A stretch of 64,000 nt of DNA, taken from a virus (lineage: Duplodnaviria; Heunggongvirae; Uroviricota; Caudoviricetes; Demerecviridae). Shown in pieces: positions 33,904-41,971 of this stretch. Location of the stretch: the IMG/VR virus record IMGVR_UViG_2974640449_000001, positions 64,242-128,241 of that record. One strand, 5' to 3'. How positions within the stretch are numbered: position 1 is the stretch's first letter; the number at the start of each line of letters is the position of its first letter. The notes under the pieces were generated by a model that was given only the letters and a program-made list of their open reading frames with translations, made no database searches and was not told the origin of the DNA. The translations under genes and the position numbers were made by a program.

Positions 33904-35253
33904 ATGATCAAACTATCGGGTAAGACAATTGCAGGACTTGTAGCGGGAACCTTAGCTCTAGGTACCTTATTTATCGGTACGTTCTCACTAGACGACGGTG
34001 AGTTTGCAGCAGTACGACAGGCAGGTGGTGACGTAACAGTTTACACAGAACCAGGCCTACATTGGCGTACCCCGTTTATCACCTCTAAAAATGAATACAC
34101 AGAAGTATCTACAGTGTGTTTCGATCAACGTGAAGACGACTCCGCAAGCCTAGACAAAGATATGTATTCTGTAACCTTCAGCGACACATATAAAGTAGGT
34201 CTTAACATCTGTTTTCGTCTACAGATGCCAGCAGACCCAGAAAAGATCGAGTACATTAACGGCATTGCAAAAGGTAAATACAATTTACTACGCAATACCT
34301 ATGCAGCCAGCCTTACAGACCTAATGGCTTACACGGCTAATCAGTTTACTGGTGAAGACTTCATGCAGGGTGGTTTCAACGAGTTTAAAAATCGACTATC
34401 AGATCAGGCACGAAACGGTCTATACCTCACAAAACGAGTACCAGTAGAAGTTACTCGCCAAGCCGCTAACGCCGGTGTAGAGGTTGACTCTAAGCAGATA
34501 TCTAAAGGTCAATCTATTATTTATAAAGCTGAAATTCAGCGAGACCCTGAAACTAACGAGCCGTTACGTCAGGAATCTCAACTAGCAACGCTTGGCGTTA
34601 AAATTGTTCAGATTTCTATCACAGGAGACCCAGTACCGGAAAAAGACCTGCAAGATTTCATGCAGAAGAAAAAAGACCGTATTCGCGAACGCGCTTCAAT
34701 TAAAGAAGAGCAAGAAACTGAACGTCAAAAAGCGATTACAGAGCAGTTAAAAGGTGATCGTGAACGTATCCAAGCTAAACAAAAAATGCTTCGTGAAAAA
34801 GATGCAGCCGAAATCGGTGCTGCTAAAGAAATCGCTCTAGCTAAAGCTGCTGCTCAACGAGAAACAGTTGAACGACAAAAAGTAGCCGACCTAGCTAAGA
34901 TCGACAAACAACGTGAACTAGACATTGCTAAAGCCAACGAAGGCATCCAGAAAGCAAACTCTATGGCAGCTAAATATGAAGCTCTAGCCATTAAAGAGAA
35001 GGGTTTAGCAGAAGCAGTAGTTACTAAAGCTAAGTACGATGCGCTAGCTAAGAATAAGGAAGTTTACCTAGCAGAAGTACAGCGTGACATTGCTAAGACT
35101 ATGTACGACAACCTACGTAACTTCAAGGTAGAAATGCCACAAAACTACGTTAACGGTTCAGGTGGTACTCAAATGCAGTCAAACTTAGATGTTATCACAG
35201 GCTTTGGTGCTCTAGGTATGATGGAAAAGTCTCAAAACCTATCAGATAAGTAA
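33904..35253 (+). CDS. SPFH/band-7 (HflK/C-stomatin-flotillin-like) membrane protein
   Basis: N-terminal TM GLVAGTLALGTLFIG, SPFH-like core, then about 200 aa of E/K/A/Q-rich coiled coil (KEEQETERQKAITEQLKGDRERIQAKQK...). Confidence 0.6.
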   Translation: MIKLSGKTIAGLVAGTLALGTLFIGTFSLDDGEFAAVRQAGGDVTVYTEPGLHWRTPFITSKNEYTEVSTVCFDQREDDSASLDKDMYSVTFSDTYKVGLNICFRLQMPADPEKIEYINGIAKGKYNLLRNTYAASLTDLMAYTANQFTGEDFMQGGFNEFKNRLSDQARNGLYLTKRVPVEVTRQAANAGVEVDSKQISKGQSIIYKAEIQRDPETNEPLRQESQLATLGVKIVQISITGDPVPEKDLQDFMQKKKDRIRERASIKEEQETERQKAITEQLKGDRERIQAKQKMLREKDAAEIGAAKEIALAKAAAQRETVERQKVADLAKIDKQRELDIAKANEGIQKANSMAAKYEALAIKEKGLAEAVVTKAKYDALAKNKEVYLAEVQRDIAKTMYDNLRNFKVEMPQNYVNGSGGTQMQSNLDVITGFGALGMMEKSQNLSDK

Positions 35254-35267
35254 CAATTAACTACATT

Positions 35268-35291
35268 AGCCACCTTCGGGTGGCTTTTTTC
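35268..35291 (+). terminator. rho-independent terminator
   Basis: GCCACC-ttcg-GGTGGC followed by TTTTTT. Confidence 0.75.
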
Positions 35292-35322
35292 GTATATGCA
35301 CACGTAACACTTGGAGGATTCT

Positions 35323-35721
35323 ATGAATTGGCGGCGAGGCGCGGGTAAAATCTGCGTTGGTGTATGTTACTTCGGTATTTGGACTTATTTTTCAGTAGTA
35401 GCGTCCCTTGTGCTGTATTATACTAAGTCCGCAGTTTTATTTGCAGCTACTATATTAATTATGTCAATAGCATTCTTTGGTATGATAGATAAAATAAACC
35501 GCAAGACAAAACTAATATATGCAGAAATGAAAAAACAAGAAATATTACAGGCATTGCAGGATGATTCTAACTGGACTGTAGTTTCTAGGAAATTGAGAGA
35601 TTTTCTTACGGATGAAATGTACAATAAACCTATAAGAACTATAGAAGGGCTACAATTTAAGACATGGTACGTTAATAGAATGCGCGGAATTGTTATAGGA
35701 GAAAGAATATGGCGAATATAG
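35323..35721 (+). CDS. membrane protein (132 aa, two TM helices)
   Basis: Start at ATG 35323 behind GGAGGATTCT. Confidence 0.45.
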   Translation: MNWRRGAGKICVGVCYFGIWTYFSVVASLVLYYTKSAVLFAATILIMSIAFFGMIDKINRKTKLIYAEMKKQEILQALQDDSNWTVVSRKLRDFLTDEMYNKPIRTIEGLQFKTWYVNRMRGIVIGERIWRI

Positions 35722-36104
35722 ATCAATTTGCTAAAAAGTTTAGCATGTTGTCAGATGAAGAAAAACAAGCTTTGCTAGACGTGGTAAAACTTGATAAAAT
35801 AAAGGCTGAATTTGAAGAACACAAAAAATCACTTTCAAAGTTAGGCTATCACATTACTTCTCATAATCCAACATACGAATATGTGAATTTTGCAAAGAAT
35901 ATACTGGAAGATAAGCCAACACTTCACCTTAAACTCACTCGAAACGACTTAGGTGAGTGGCGATGTGAAATATCGCATATGATAGGGCTAGTTAAAGTCA
36001 CTTCTGGTGAATTTTGCTATCCTCATAATAATTTTTCGAGAATATTTGAGAAGCAAGTTATAAATGTTGCTATGGCAACCTTACATCTTCAACCAGGGAG
36101 ATAA
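35709..36104 (+). CDS. hypothetical protein (131 aa)
   Basis: ORF, coupled. Confidence 0.45.
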   Translation: MANIDQFAKKFSMLSDEEKQALLDVVKLDKIKAEFEEHKKSLSKLGYHITSHNPTYEYVNFAKNILEDKPTLHLKLTRNDLGEWRCEISHMIGLVKVTSGEFCYPHNNFSRIFEKQVINVAMATLHLQPGR

Positions 36105-36106
36105 TA

Positions 36107-36217
36107 TATGAAAGAAAGGTTACTTTGGGGTTGTACTCTAGGAGTTATAGGTTTTGTTTTTACTACTAGCCTACCTGTAACAGTGATTTGTTTTATTATA
36201 GGAGTATTACTACCATG
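36107..36217 (+). CDS. tiny membrane peptide (36 aa); not in ORF track
   Basis: RBS GGGAGATAATATATG; MKERLLWGCTLGVIGFVFTTSLPVTVICFIIGVLLP; ATGA coupling to the next gene. Confidence 0.25.
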
Positions 36218-36955
36218 AGCGTAATTGATATTACAGATAGACGAAATATTTACTTTGTAGGGGACTTGCATGGGGACTGGAAAGCTCTCAAGTTCTTCTT
36301 AGACCAAGTACAGTTTAACTACAGGGATATTATTATTTCTGTAGGAGATTTAATAGACCGTGGAGAACAAAACCTAGATGTGCTAAACTTCTTTTTGTTT
36401 ACTGAGAATGCTTTGGCGGTTCGTGGAAACCATGAAGATATGGCTATCCAAGGTTTGTTACACGGAGAAAACAACCAAGCAGCGAGCTGGATTATGAATG
36501 GCGGCGGGTGGATGATGGACTACCCACAGGCTATGATTGAAGGTATTCTGCGAAAAGTAGAGCAGGAGTTCCCTCTTGTTCTAACATTAAGATACGAAAA
36601 CACTAAATTTGGAGTAACACATGCAGAAGCACCAACAGAAGTCTGGGACGACTATGTTCAACGAGCTGGTAAATACTTCCCTGACGACAATCGAGCAGTT
36701 TGGGGACGTGACGCTATTAAAGGTCGTAGATTTTCTAAAATACGTGGGGTTGACTACACTATTCATGGGCACTCTGTTCGTGACAGTGTTACTAGCTTTG
36801 GGAATCAAATGTGGATTGATACTGGTTCAGTATTTGATGGCGGCGATAGAAAATACGGACTCACAATAATGGAATGGGATAATGGTGGTTGGGTAAATCA
36901 CCGCATTATCCGAAACCACTTTGAACCAGGTGGGCTAGAACATTTGATTCTTTAA
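36215..36955 (+). CDS. Ser/Thr protein phosphatase (PPP-family calcineurin-like metallophosphoesterase)
   Basis: GDLHGDW, GDLIDRG, GNHE motifs. Confidence 0.7.
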   Translation: MSVIDITDRRNIYFVGDLHGDWKALKFFLDQVQFNYRDIIISVGDLIDRGEQNLDVLNFFLFTENALAVRGNHEDMAIQGLLHGENNQAASWIMNGGGWMMDYPQAMIEGILRKVEQEFPLVLTLRYENTKFGVTHAEAPTEVWDDYVQRAGKYFPDDNRAVWGRDAIKGRRFSKIRGVDYTIHGHSVRDSVTSFGNQMWIDTGSVFDGGDRKYGLTIMEWDNGGWVNHRIIRNHFEPGGLEHLIL

Positions 36956-36984
36956 TTGCTAAAGAACGTTAAAAACCGTATAAT
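36956..36984 (+). promoter_or_regulatory. early promoter TTGCTA-17-TATAAT with conserved leader
   Basis: aaTTGCTAaagaacgttaaaaaccgTATAATagttacataaagttgagaaacggagat. Confidence 0.65.
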
Positions 36985-37017
36985 AGTTACATAAAGTTGA
37001 GAAACGGAGATAGTCTT

Positions 37018-37281
37018 ATGGCAGATTTTTGGGACAAACACCTTACAAAAGAGCAGCAGTACGAAATCGTAGATTCAGTTGCAGGTACTTGTGATACAGG
37101 TTGTAATGCTGAATACTGGCAAAAAGAGTTTGGCTTCAGCAATGAAGTTCGTGACGAGTTAAACTGGGATTTTCCTAGTCTAGCTGCTAAATTCGAGCTA
37201 TTCCGCTGTGAAGATTGCATGTGGTGGGGTGACATGGGTGAAGTTGGTGACTGTAATGAATGTGGTGGAGAGTTAGTATGA
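37018..37281 (+). CDS. Cys-rich zinc-ribbon protein (87 aa)
   Basis: CDTGC...CEDC...CNEC. Confidence 0.45.
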   Translation: MADFWDKHLTKEQQYEIVDSVAGTCDTGCNAEYWQKEFGFSNEVRDELNWDFPSLAAKFELFRCEDCMWWGDMGEVGDCNECGGELV

Positions 37282-38204
37282 AATTCAACGTACAAGATTT
37301 GATTGACCGTGGCTTGGTTAAAGCTAAAGAATATGATAATGGACTAAAAGTATTGAAGTACGACCGCTCGGTATTCTTCAAAAACTTGTGGCATCTAGAC
37401 GAACGCTTGCTTGAGTGTCGTGGTCGCGTGGTTGATGCTGACTGGAATGTGATTATTAATCCATTCAAAAAAGTATTCAACTATGGTGAAAACGGTACTG
37501 GTAACGAGCTACGAAAAGACTGTCTGTACCGTGAAGTACACAAGCTCAATGGTTTCCTGGGTTGTGTTACTCGTTCCTCAGAGTATGGTATGTTGTACTC
37601 TACTACTGGTACACTAGACTCAGAGTATGCGCAGATGGTTAAAGATATGTTTCTAGAGCATACTCGTCACATTGATGAAATTCATCCAGATTTCACACTG
37701 ATGTTCGAAGTATGTCACCAAGACGACCCACATATTGTACCAGAGCAGGTAGGTATCTACTTGATCGGTTGCCGCCATACTGGTGAGGGCGAAGAATGCG
37801 AAGAAGAGCAGTTTACAGAGAAAGAGCTAGATAAACTTGCACGTCATTTCGGTTGGCGTCGTCCAGAGCATCGTCTAGATACTCTGGAAAATATCCTAGC
37901 ACGAGCTAAGGCATCTAAAACAGAAGGTGTTATGGTGTGTTCAGCACTTAACGACGAGCACTTGTTTAAGTACAAGACTCCACACTACCTGTCCAAGAAA
38001 CTACTTATGCGTCTAGGTAAAGCCCGTGTAGAACAGCTGTTTGACAATCCAGAACAGTTTAAAAAGAGCTTAAAGGATGAGGAGTTCTTCGGTTTTGTAG
38101 ATTACGTGGCTCGGTACATCGGTCGAGATATGTGGAAAACACTAAAAGACCAAGAGCGTCGTGAACTGATTGAGTGCTGGTTCGACAAAAACAACGCTTT
38201 TTAA
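37278..38204 (+). CDS. RNA ligase 1 (T4 Rnl1-like tRNA ligase)
   Basis: LLECRGRVVD ~ T4 Rnl1 ALECRGIMF; VHKLNGFLG in the position of the Rnl1 motif-I lysine block (TKEDGSL). Confidence 0.65.
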   Translation: MKFNVQDLIDRGLVKAKEYDNGLKVLKYDRSVFFKNLWHLDERLLECRGRVVDADWNVIINPFKKVFNYGENGTGNELRKDCLYREVHKLNGFLGCVTRSSEYGMLYSTTGTLDSEYAQMVKDMFLEHTRHIDEIHPDFTLMFEVCHQDDPHIVPEQVGIYLIGCRHTGEGEECEEEQFTEKELDKLARHFGWRRPEHRLDTLENILARAKASKTEGVMVCSALNDEHLFKYKTPHYLSKKLLMRLGKARVEQLFDNPEQFKKSLKDEEFFGFVDYVARYIGRDMWKTLKDQERRELIECWFDKNNAF

Positions 38205-38205
38205 A

Positions 38206-38234
38206 TTGCCAAAGCAAGGAAGCTTTGATATAAT
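38206..38234 (+). promoter_or_regulatory. early promoter TTGCCA-17-TATAAT
   Basis: aaTTGCCAaagcaaggaagctttgaTATAATatctgtagaaattgaggagatt. Confidence 0.5.
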
Positions 38235-38259
38235 ATCTGTAGAAATTGAGGAGATTGTT

Positions 38260-38523
38260 ATGATTATTTCTAAGTATGATGTAGTCGTGAGTTTTGGTAC
38301 AAGTAGTTACTGCGATGTAACTATGTGCCAAAGTGATTTTTGTCAGATTAAGGACGAACTTGTAGAGAGACTAGGAGAGTTTGGTGGAGAGATCTGTGTA
38401 ACACTTACCACTATCTCTTTCACTATCTCAGGTGTTGAAGACGCTGCATACGCCGAAGAGCTAGAAACTAAGCTAGCTGATATTGGTGAATACTTACTTG
38501 AATGTTTATGGGAGCAAGAATAA
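38260..38523 (+). CDS. hypothetical protein (87 aa)
   Basis: RBS GAGGAGATTGTTATG. Confidence 0.4.
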   Translation: MIISKYDVVVSFGTSSYCDVTMCQSDFCQIKDELVERLGEFGGEICVTLTTISFTISGVEDAAYAEELETKLADIGEYLLECLWEQE

Positions 38524-38927
38524 TGAAAAAACTATATTTGATTCGTGGTGTGTCTGGTTCTGGCAAAACTACTCTAGCTAAGTCAATGGAACAAGGTATG
38601 CGATACTCTCGTGCTGTTGCTGCTGACGATTACTTCATGTTTGAAGGTAAGTATCTATTTGATGTTAACAAGCTACATGCAGCGCATCAATGGTGTCAAG
38701 ACCAAGTTGACGGTCTTATGATTTGTGAGATGCACCACATTATTGTGCATAACACCTTCACTACAGAAAAAGAAATGAAGCCGTACTTTGACTTAGCGGA
38801 GAAATACGGCTATGAAGTAACCACCCTAGTGGTTGAGAACCGTCACGGCAATGATTCAGTACACGATGTGCCAGAAGAAACATTAACACGCCAACGTCAA
38901 CGCCTACGTGCCAACATCCGTCTATAA
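38523..38927 (+). CDS. P-loop polynucleotide 5'-kinase-like protein (Pnk kinase-domain homolog)
   Basis: MKKLYLIRGVSGSGKTTLAK Walker A motif; 134 aa; sits between the RNA ligase and a phosphoesterase. Confidence 0.55.
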   Translation: MKKLYLIRGVSGSGKTTLAKSMEQGMRYSRAVAADDYFMFEGKYLFDVNKLHAAHQWCQDQVDGLMICEMHHIIVHNTFTTEKEMKPYFDLAEKYGYEVTTLVVENRHGNDSVHDVPEETLTRQRQRLRANIRL

Positions 38928-38936
38928 GGAGAAGAT

Positions 38937-39500
38937 ATGCGTCTACAGTTCGGAGCAAAACTAAACCCAGATGTGAATTACTTTATCACGTCTGACCTAC
39001 ACTTCTTTCATACTAACATCATGAAGTTCTGTCCAAAAACACGTCCTTGGGCTGAACGCGATGAAATGAATGAAGCACTTATTGCACATTGGAACTCTAT
39101 TGTGGGTGAAGATGATGTAGTCTTCCACATTGGAGACTTTTCATTCGCAGGGATGGATAAAACTCAGGGTATCCTAGACCGATTGAATGGTACAATTATC
39201 TTTGTAATGGGCAACCATGATAAGACCATTCGAAATCAGTTGAAGTCTCACAACAAGTTCGAATATCTCGAAGTTACTTATAATAAAATCAAAATTTGTA
39301 TGTTCCACTATGCGATGCGTGTTTGGAATCAACAACATCGTGGAGCAGTTCACTTTTATGGGCACTCCCATGGGTCACTACCAGGTACTGGACGTTCTAT
39401 GGATGTAGGCTTCGATGCTCACGGTAAAATCCTGCCTCTAGATTGGGCAGTAAAACAAATGCTTAAAATTGAAAACACTGAAACAGAGGATCACCACTAA
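38937..39500 (+). CDS. calcineurin-like metallophosphoesterase (putative 2',3'-phosphatase partner of the kinase)
   Basis: DLHFFH, GDF, GNHD, GHSH motifs; 187 aa. Confidence 0.6.
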   Translation: MRLQFGAKLNPDVNYFITSDLHFFHTNIMKFCPKTRPWAERDEMNEALIAHWNSIVGEDDVVFHIGDFSFAGMDKTQGILDRLNGTIIFVMGNHDKTIRNQLKSHNKFEYLEVTYNKIKICMFHYAMRVWNQQHRGAVHFYGHSHGSLPGTGRSMDVGFDAHGKILPLDWAVKQMLKIENTETEDHH

Positions 39501-40078
39501 TGAAAAAGTTTCTAGTATTACTTGCTGCTACCCTATCTTTTAACGCATTTGCAGGTAGCTGTGCACAATCAGTTAATAACATTAGTGGCTTGGATAAAGC
39601 CACTAAACAACAAATGATAATTCAGTGTGAGCAGGCAAAGCTTGACACTATCACACAAATACCAGGGGAAGTATCTGACGCTACCGTTGAAAAGATGGAT
39701 AAATGGTCAGAAATCTCCTTAAAGTTTGCTAAAGCTATCGGTGTAGCTGCACGTGAAGTAGGGGTAGCTACTAATGAGTTCTTGCAGACACCCGCAGGTA
39801 AGTTCACTGCCGCAATTATACTATGGAAGGTATTAAGTATATCGCAATGGACTATGTTCTTCTTAATTACTGGTGTAACTACTATTGTAGTTCGTAGTTT
39901 CATACGTCTTATGCGATTGTCCCACTATGAAGAACGCGAGACAAAGTTCTTTGGCAGGCGTAAGCAGCCAATTTACAGCACCTGGCGTGACTTAGGAGAT
40001 ACCCAAGCATTCTTTGTTGTATGTGGTTATGCTGTAATAATTATAGTATTCTTAGTTGCAGGGATTAATATATTATGA
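39500..40078 (+). CDS. secreted / membrane protein (signal peptide plus 2 C-terminal TM helices)
   Basis: MKKFLVLLAATLSFNAFA signal peptide; hydrophobic segments. Confidence 0.5.
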   Translation: MKKFLVLLAATLSFNAFAGSCAQSVNNISGLDKATKQQMIIQCEQAKLDTITQIPGEVSDATVEKMDKWSEISLKFAKAIGVAAREVGVATNEFLQTPAGKFTAAIILWKVLSISQWTMFFLITGVTTIVVRSFIRLMRLSHYEERETKFFGRRKQPIYSTWRDLGDTQAFFVVCGYAVIIIVFLVAGINIL

Positions 40079-40500
40079 TTAAATATGTAATAACATTGGT
40101 ATGCCTAGTATTAACGCTAGGCTTTTCTTTCGATGCTGCTGCGGATGACAGCATCTACCTAGGTGGCTTCTCATACCATTTTGAGGACGACCGAAATAAC
40201 ATTAACCCGTTGCTATTCTATCAAAAAGATGGTTACGTAGGAGGCTATTTTTATAATAGCTTTGAAAATCATAGCCTATTACTAGGAAAAGACTTTAGTA
40301 TACACAGGGATGGTATTACTATTGGAGTAGTACCTAGTATTATCTATGGGTATGAGAAGAAACAAACATTGGCTGCGTGTACAGGTAAAATATGTCTGGG
40401 AGCGTTGCCATACATAAAATTCGATTATGATGAGCATTGGAGTCCTGCGGTTATAGTAGGCGGTACATTCTTTACTGCTATCGTAGAGTATAAATTTTAA
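40075..40500 (+). CDS. small outer-membrane beta-barrel-like protein (Ail/Lom/PagP-sized)
   Basis: Signal peptide; alternating aromatic/hydrophobic pattern; C-terminal ...VEYKF ends in Phe, typical of an OMP sorting signal. Confidence 0.4.
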   Translation: MIKYVITLVCLVLTLGFSFDAAADDSIYLGGFSYHFEDDRNNINPLLFYQKDGYVGGYFYNSFENHSLLLGKDFSIHRDGITIGVVPSIIYGYEKKQTLAACTGKICLGALPYIKFDYDEHWSPAVIVGGTFFTAIVEYKF

Positions 40501-40506
40501 ATCTTA

Positions 40507-40537
40507 GGTTGCTTCGGCAACCTTTTTTACGTATAAT
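40507..40537 (+). promoter_or_regulatory. terminator hairpin GGTTGCTTCGGCAACC-T6 whose loop supplies the -35 (TTGCTT) of an early promoter (TATAAT at 40532)
   Basis: aGGTTGCTTCGGCAACCttttttacgTATAATatatacataaattaaagagaagga. Confidence 0.6.
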
Positions 40538-40567
40538 ATATACATAAATTAAAGAGAAGGAAACAAC

Positions 40568-41437
40568 ATGTCAAATATTAGCATTATGTGTAATGGTTCT
40601 AAATCTTACGAACTACAAGTAGGCTTCACTAAGTTCTCAGATGGAGCAGAAACCTGTACTATTCGCAAGACTAATGTAGACCTTACACAATCAACCTTTG
40701 TATGCGTGTCAGTTAAGTTTAAAGACGTTACTCGTGATATTGTACGTCTACTTCTGGTAAAAGACGCACTAGACCAAATGCGTGCTGAAACCTGTATCAA
40801 CTGGAAACGTATCGCCCTAAATATGCCATACATCCCTAACGCCCGCGCTGACCGTAAGTTTGGTTTCGGTATGCCGATGCCAATGAAAGTCTTTGCTAAC
40901 CTTATCAATGCAATGGACTTCGATGAAGTAATGGTAGAAGACCCTCACTCAGATGTTAGTGTAGCATTAATCAATAATGCTACTGTACTAGACCAAGCAT
41001 CCTTGGTTAGCATGATGGAGCCTCATATTAATCGCTATATGCCAGAGTTTACTTTGTGTGCTCCAGACCTTGGTGCTGCTAAGAAAATCTTTGATGTAGC
41101 GTTTGCTCTAGAAAAACGAGACTGGATTCAGGGTCTAAAAATCCGTGATGTACTTACTGGCGACATTGTTAAGTGTGACCTAGTGCAAGATGAAGTGCCT
41201 GAAAATGTGTTAATTGTAGACGATATTTCAGATGGTGGAGCTTCATTCAAGTTCTTGGCTAAGAAACTAAAAGAGCGTGGAGCTAAGAAAGTAGGTCTAT
41301 ATGTTACTCATGGTATCTTCTCTAAAGGGCTAGACCCAATCCGTGAAGATATTGACTATGTATTCATTCATAACTTTATTGGTGGTTATATCAATGAAGC
41401 TAATGTACTAGCATTCAACGAAGGTAAAGATGTATGA
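40568..41437 (+). CDS. ribose-phosphate pyrophosphokinase (Prs)-like protein; candidate ADPR-pyrophosphate synthetase (NARP1 Adps-like)
   Basis: PRPP-type nucleotide-binding loop VLIVDDISDGGAS; 289 aa; adjacent to the macro and NAMPT-like genes. Confidence 0.65.
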   Translation: MSNISIMCNGSKSYELQVGFTKFSDGAETCTIRKTNVDLTQSTFVCVSVKFKDVTRDIVRLLLVKDALDQMRAETCINWKRIALNMPYIPNARADRKFGFGMPMPMKVFANLINAMDFDEVMVEDPHSDVSVALINNATVLDQASLVSMMEPHINRYMPEFTLCAPDLGAAKKIFDVAFALEKRDWIQGLKIRDVLTGDIVKCDLVQDEVPENVLIVDDISDGGASFKFLAKKLKERGAKKVGLYVTHGIFSKGLDPIREDIDYVFIHNFIGGYINEANVLAFNEGKDV

Positions 41438-41910
41438 TTAAAGTAGTAAAAGGTGATATGGTCAAACACCTACAATCAAAAGACCATCTAGATGCATACG
41501 CTCACCAGTGTAACTGTTTTTGTAGAATGGGGAGAGGCATTGCGCCTCTTCTAGCTAAAGCAGTTCCTGGTCTTAGACAGGCAGACGATATGACTGTGCC
41601 TGGGGATAAATCTAAGTTGGGTAGTGTGTCTTTAGCTGCACATCCCAACGGTGCAGTAGTATTCAATGTATATGGACAATATCATTGGCACGCTCATAAA
41701 GTAGCCCCAGGTAGAAATACTGACTACGATGCGCTAGAGAAAGGGCTGTGGAGAGTGTTAGCGGATATGCTAAAAGACGACATGAAAACGTTGGGTTTAC
41801 CTCTGATTGGTTGCGGTCTAGCAGGGGGTGATTGGGATAATGTAGTGCTCCCAATGATTCACAAAGTATTTGATAATTCAGGCGTTGACGTAACTATTTT
41901 TAAATTGTAA
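41434..41910 (+). CDS. macro-domain protein (ADP-ribose binding / hydrolase fold)
   Basis: AHQCNCFCRMGRGIA ~ macro NAANxxLxGGGGVxxAI; PLIGCGLAGGDW ~ macro FPAISTGIYG. Confidence 0.6.
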   Translation: MIKVVKGDMVKHLQSKDHLDAYAHQCNCFCRMGRGIAPLLAKAVPGLRQADDMTVPGDKSKLGSVSLAAHPNGAVVFNVYGQYHWHAHKVAPGRNTDYDALEKGLWRVLADMLKDDMKTLGLPLIGCGLAGGDWDNVVLPMIHKVFDNSGVDVTIFKL

Positions 41911-41920
41911 TTGCTTAACT

Positions 41921-41949
41921 AGCTAAATTTACGTATAATATATTCATAA
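41921..41949 (+). promoter_or_regulatory. early promoter TTGCTT-17-TATAAT
   Basis: aaTTGCTTaactagctaaatttacgTATAATatattcataaattaaagagaagga. Confidence 0.55.
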
Positions 41950-41971
41950 ATTAAAGAGAAGGAAATAATCT

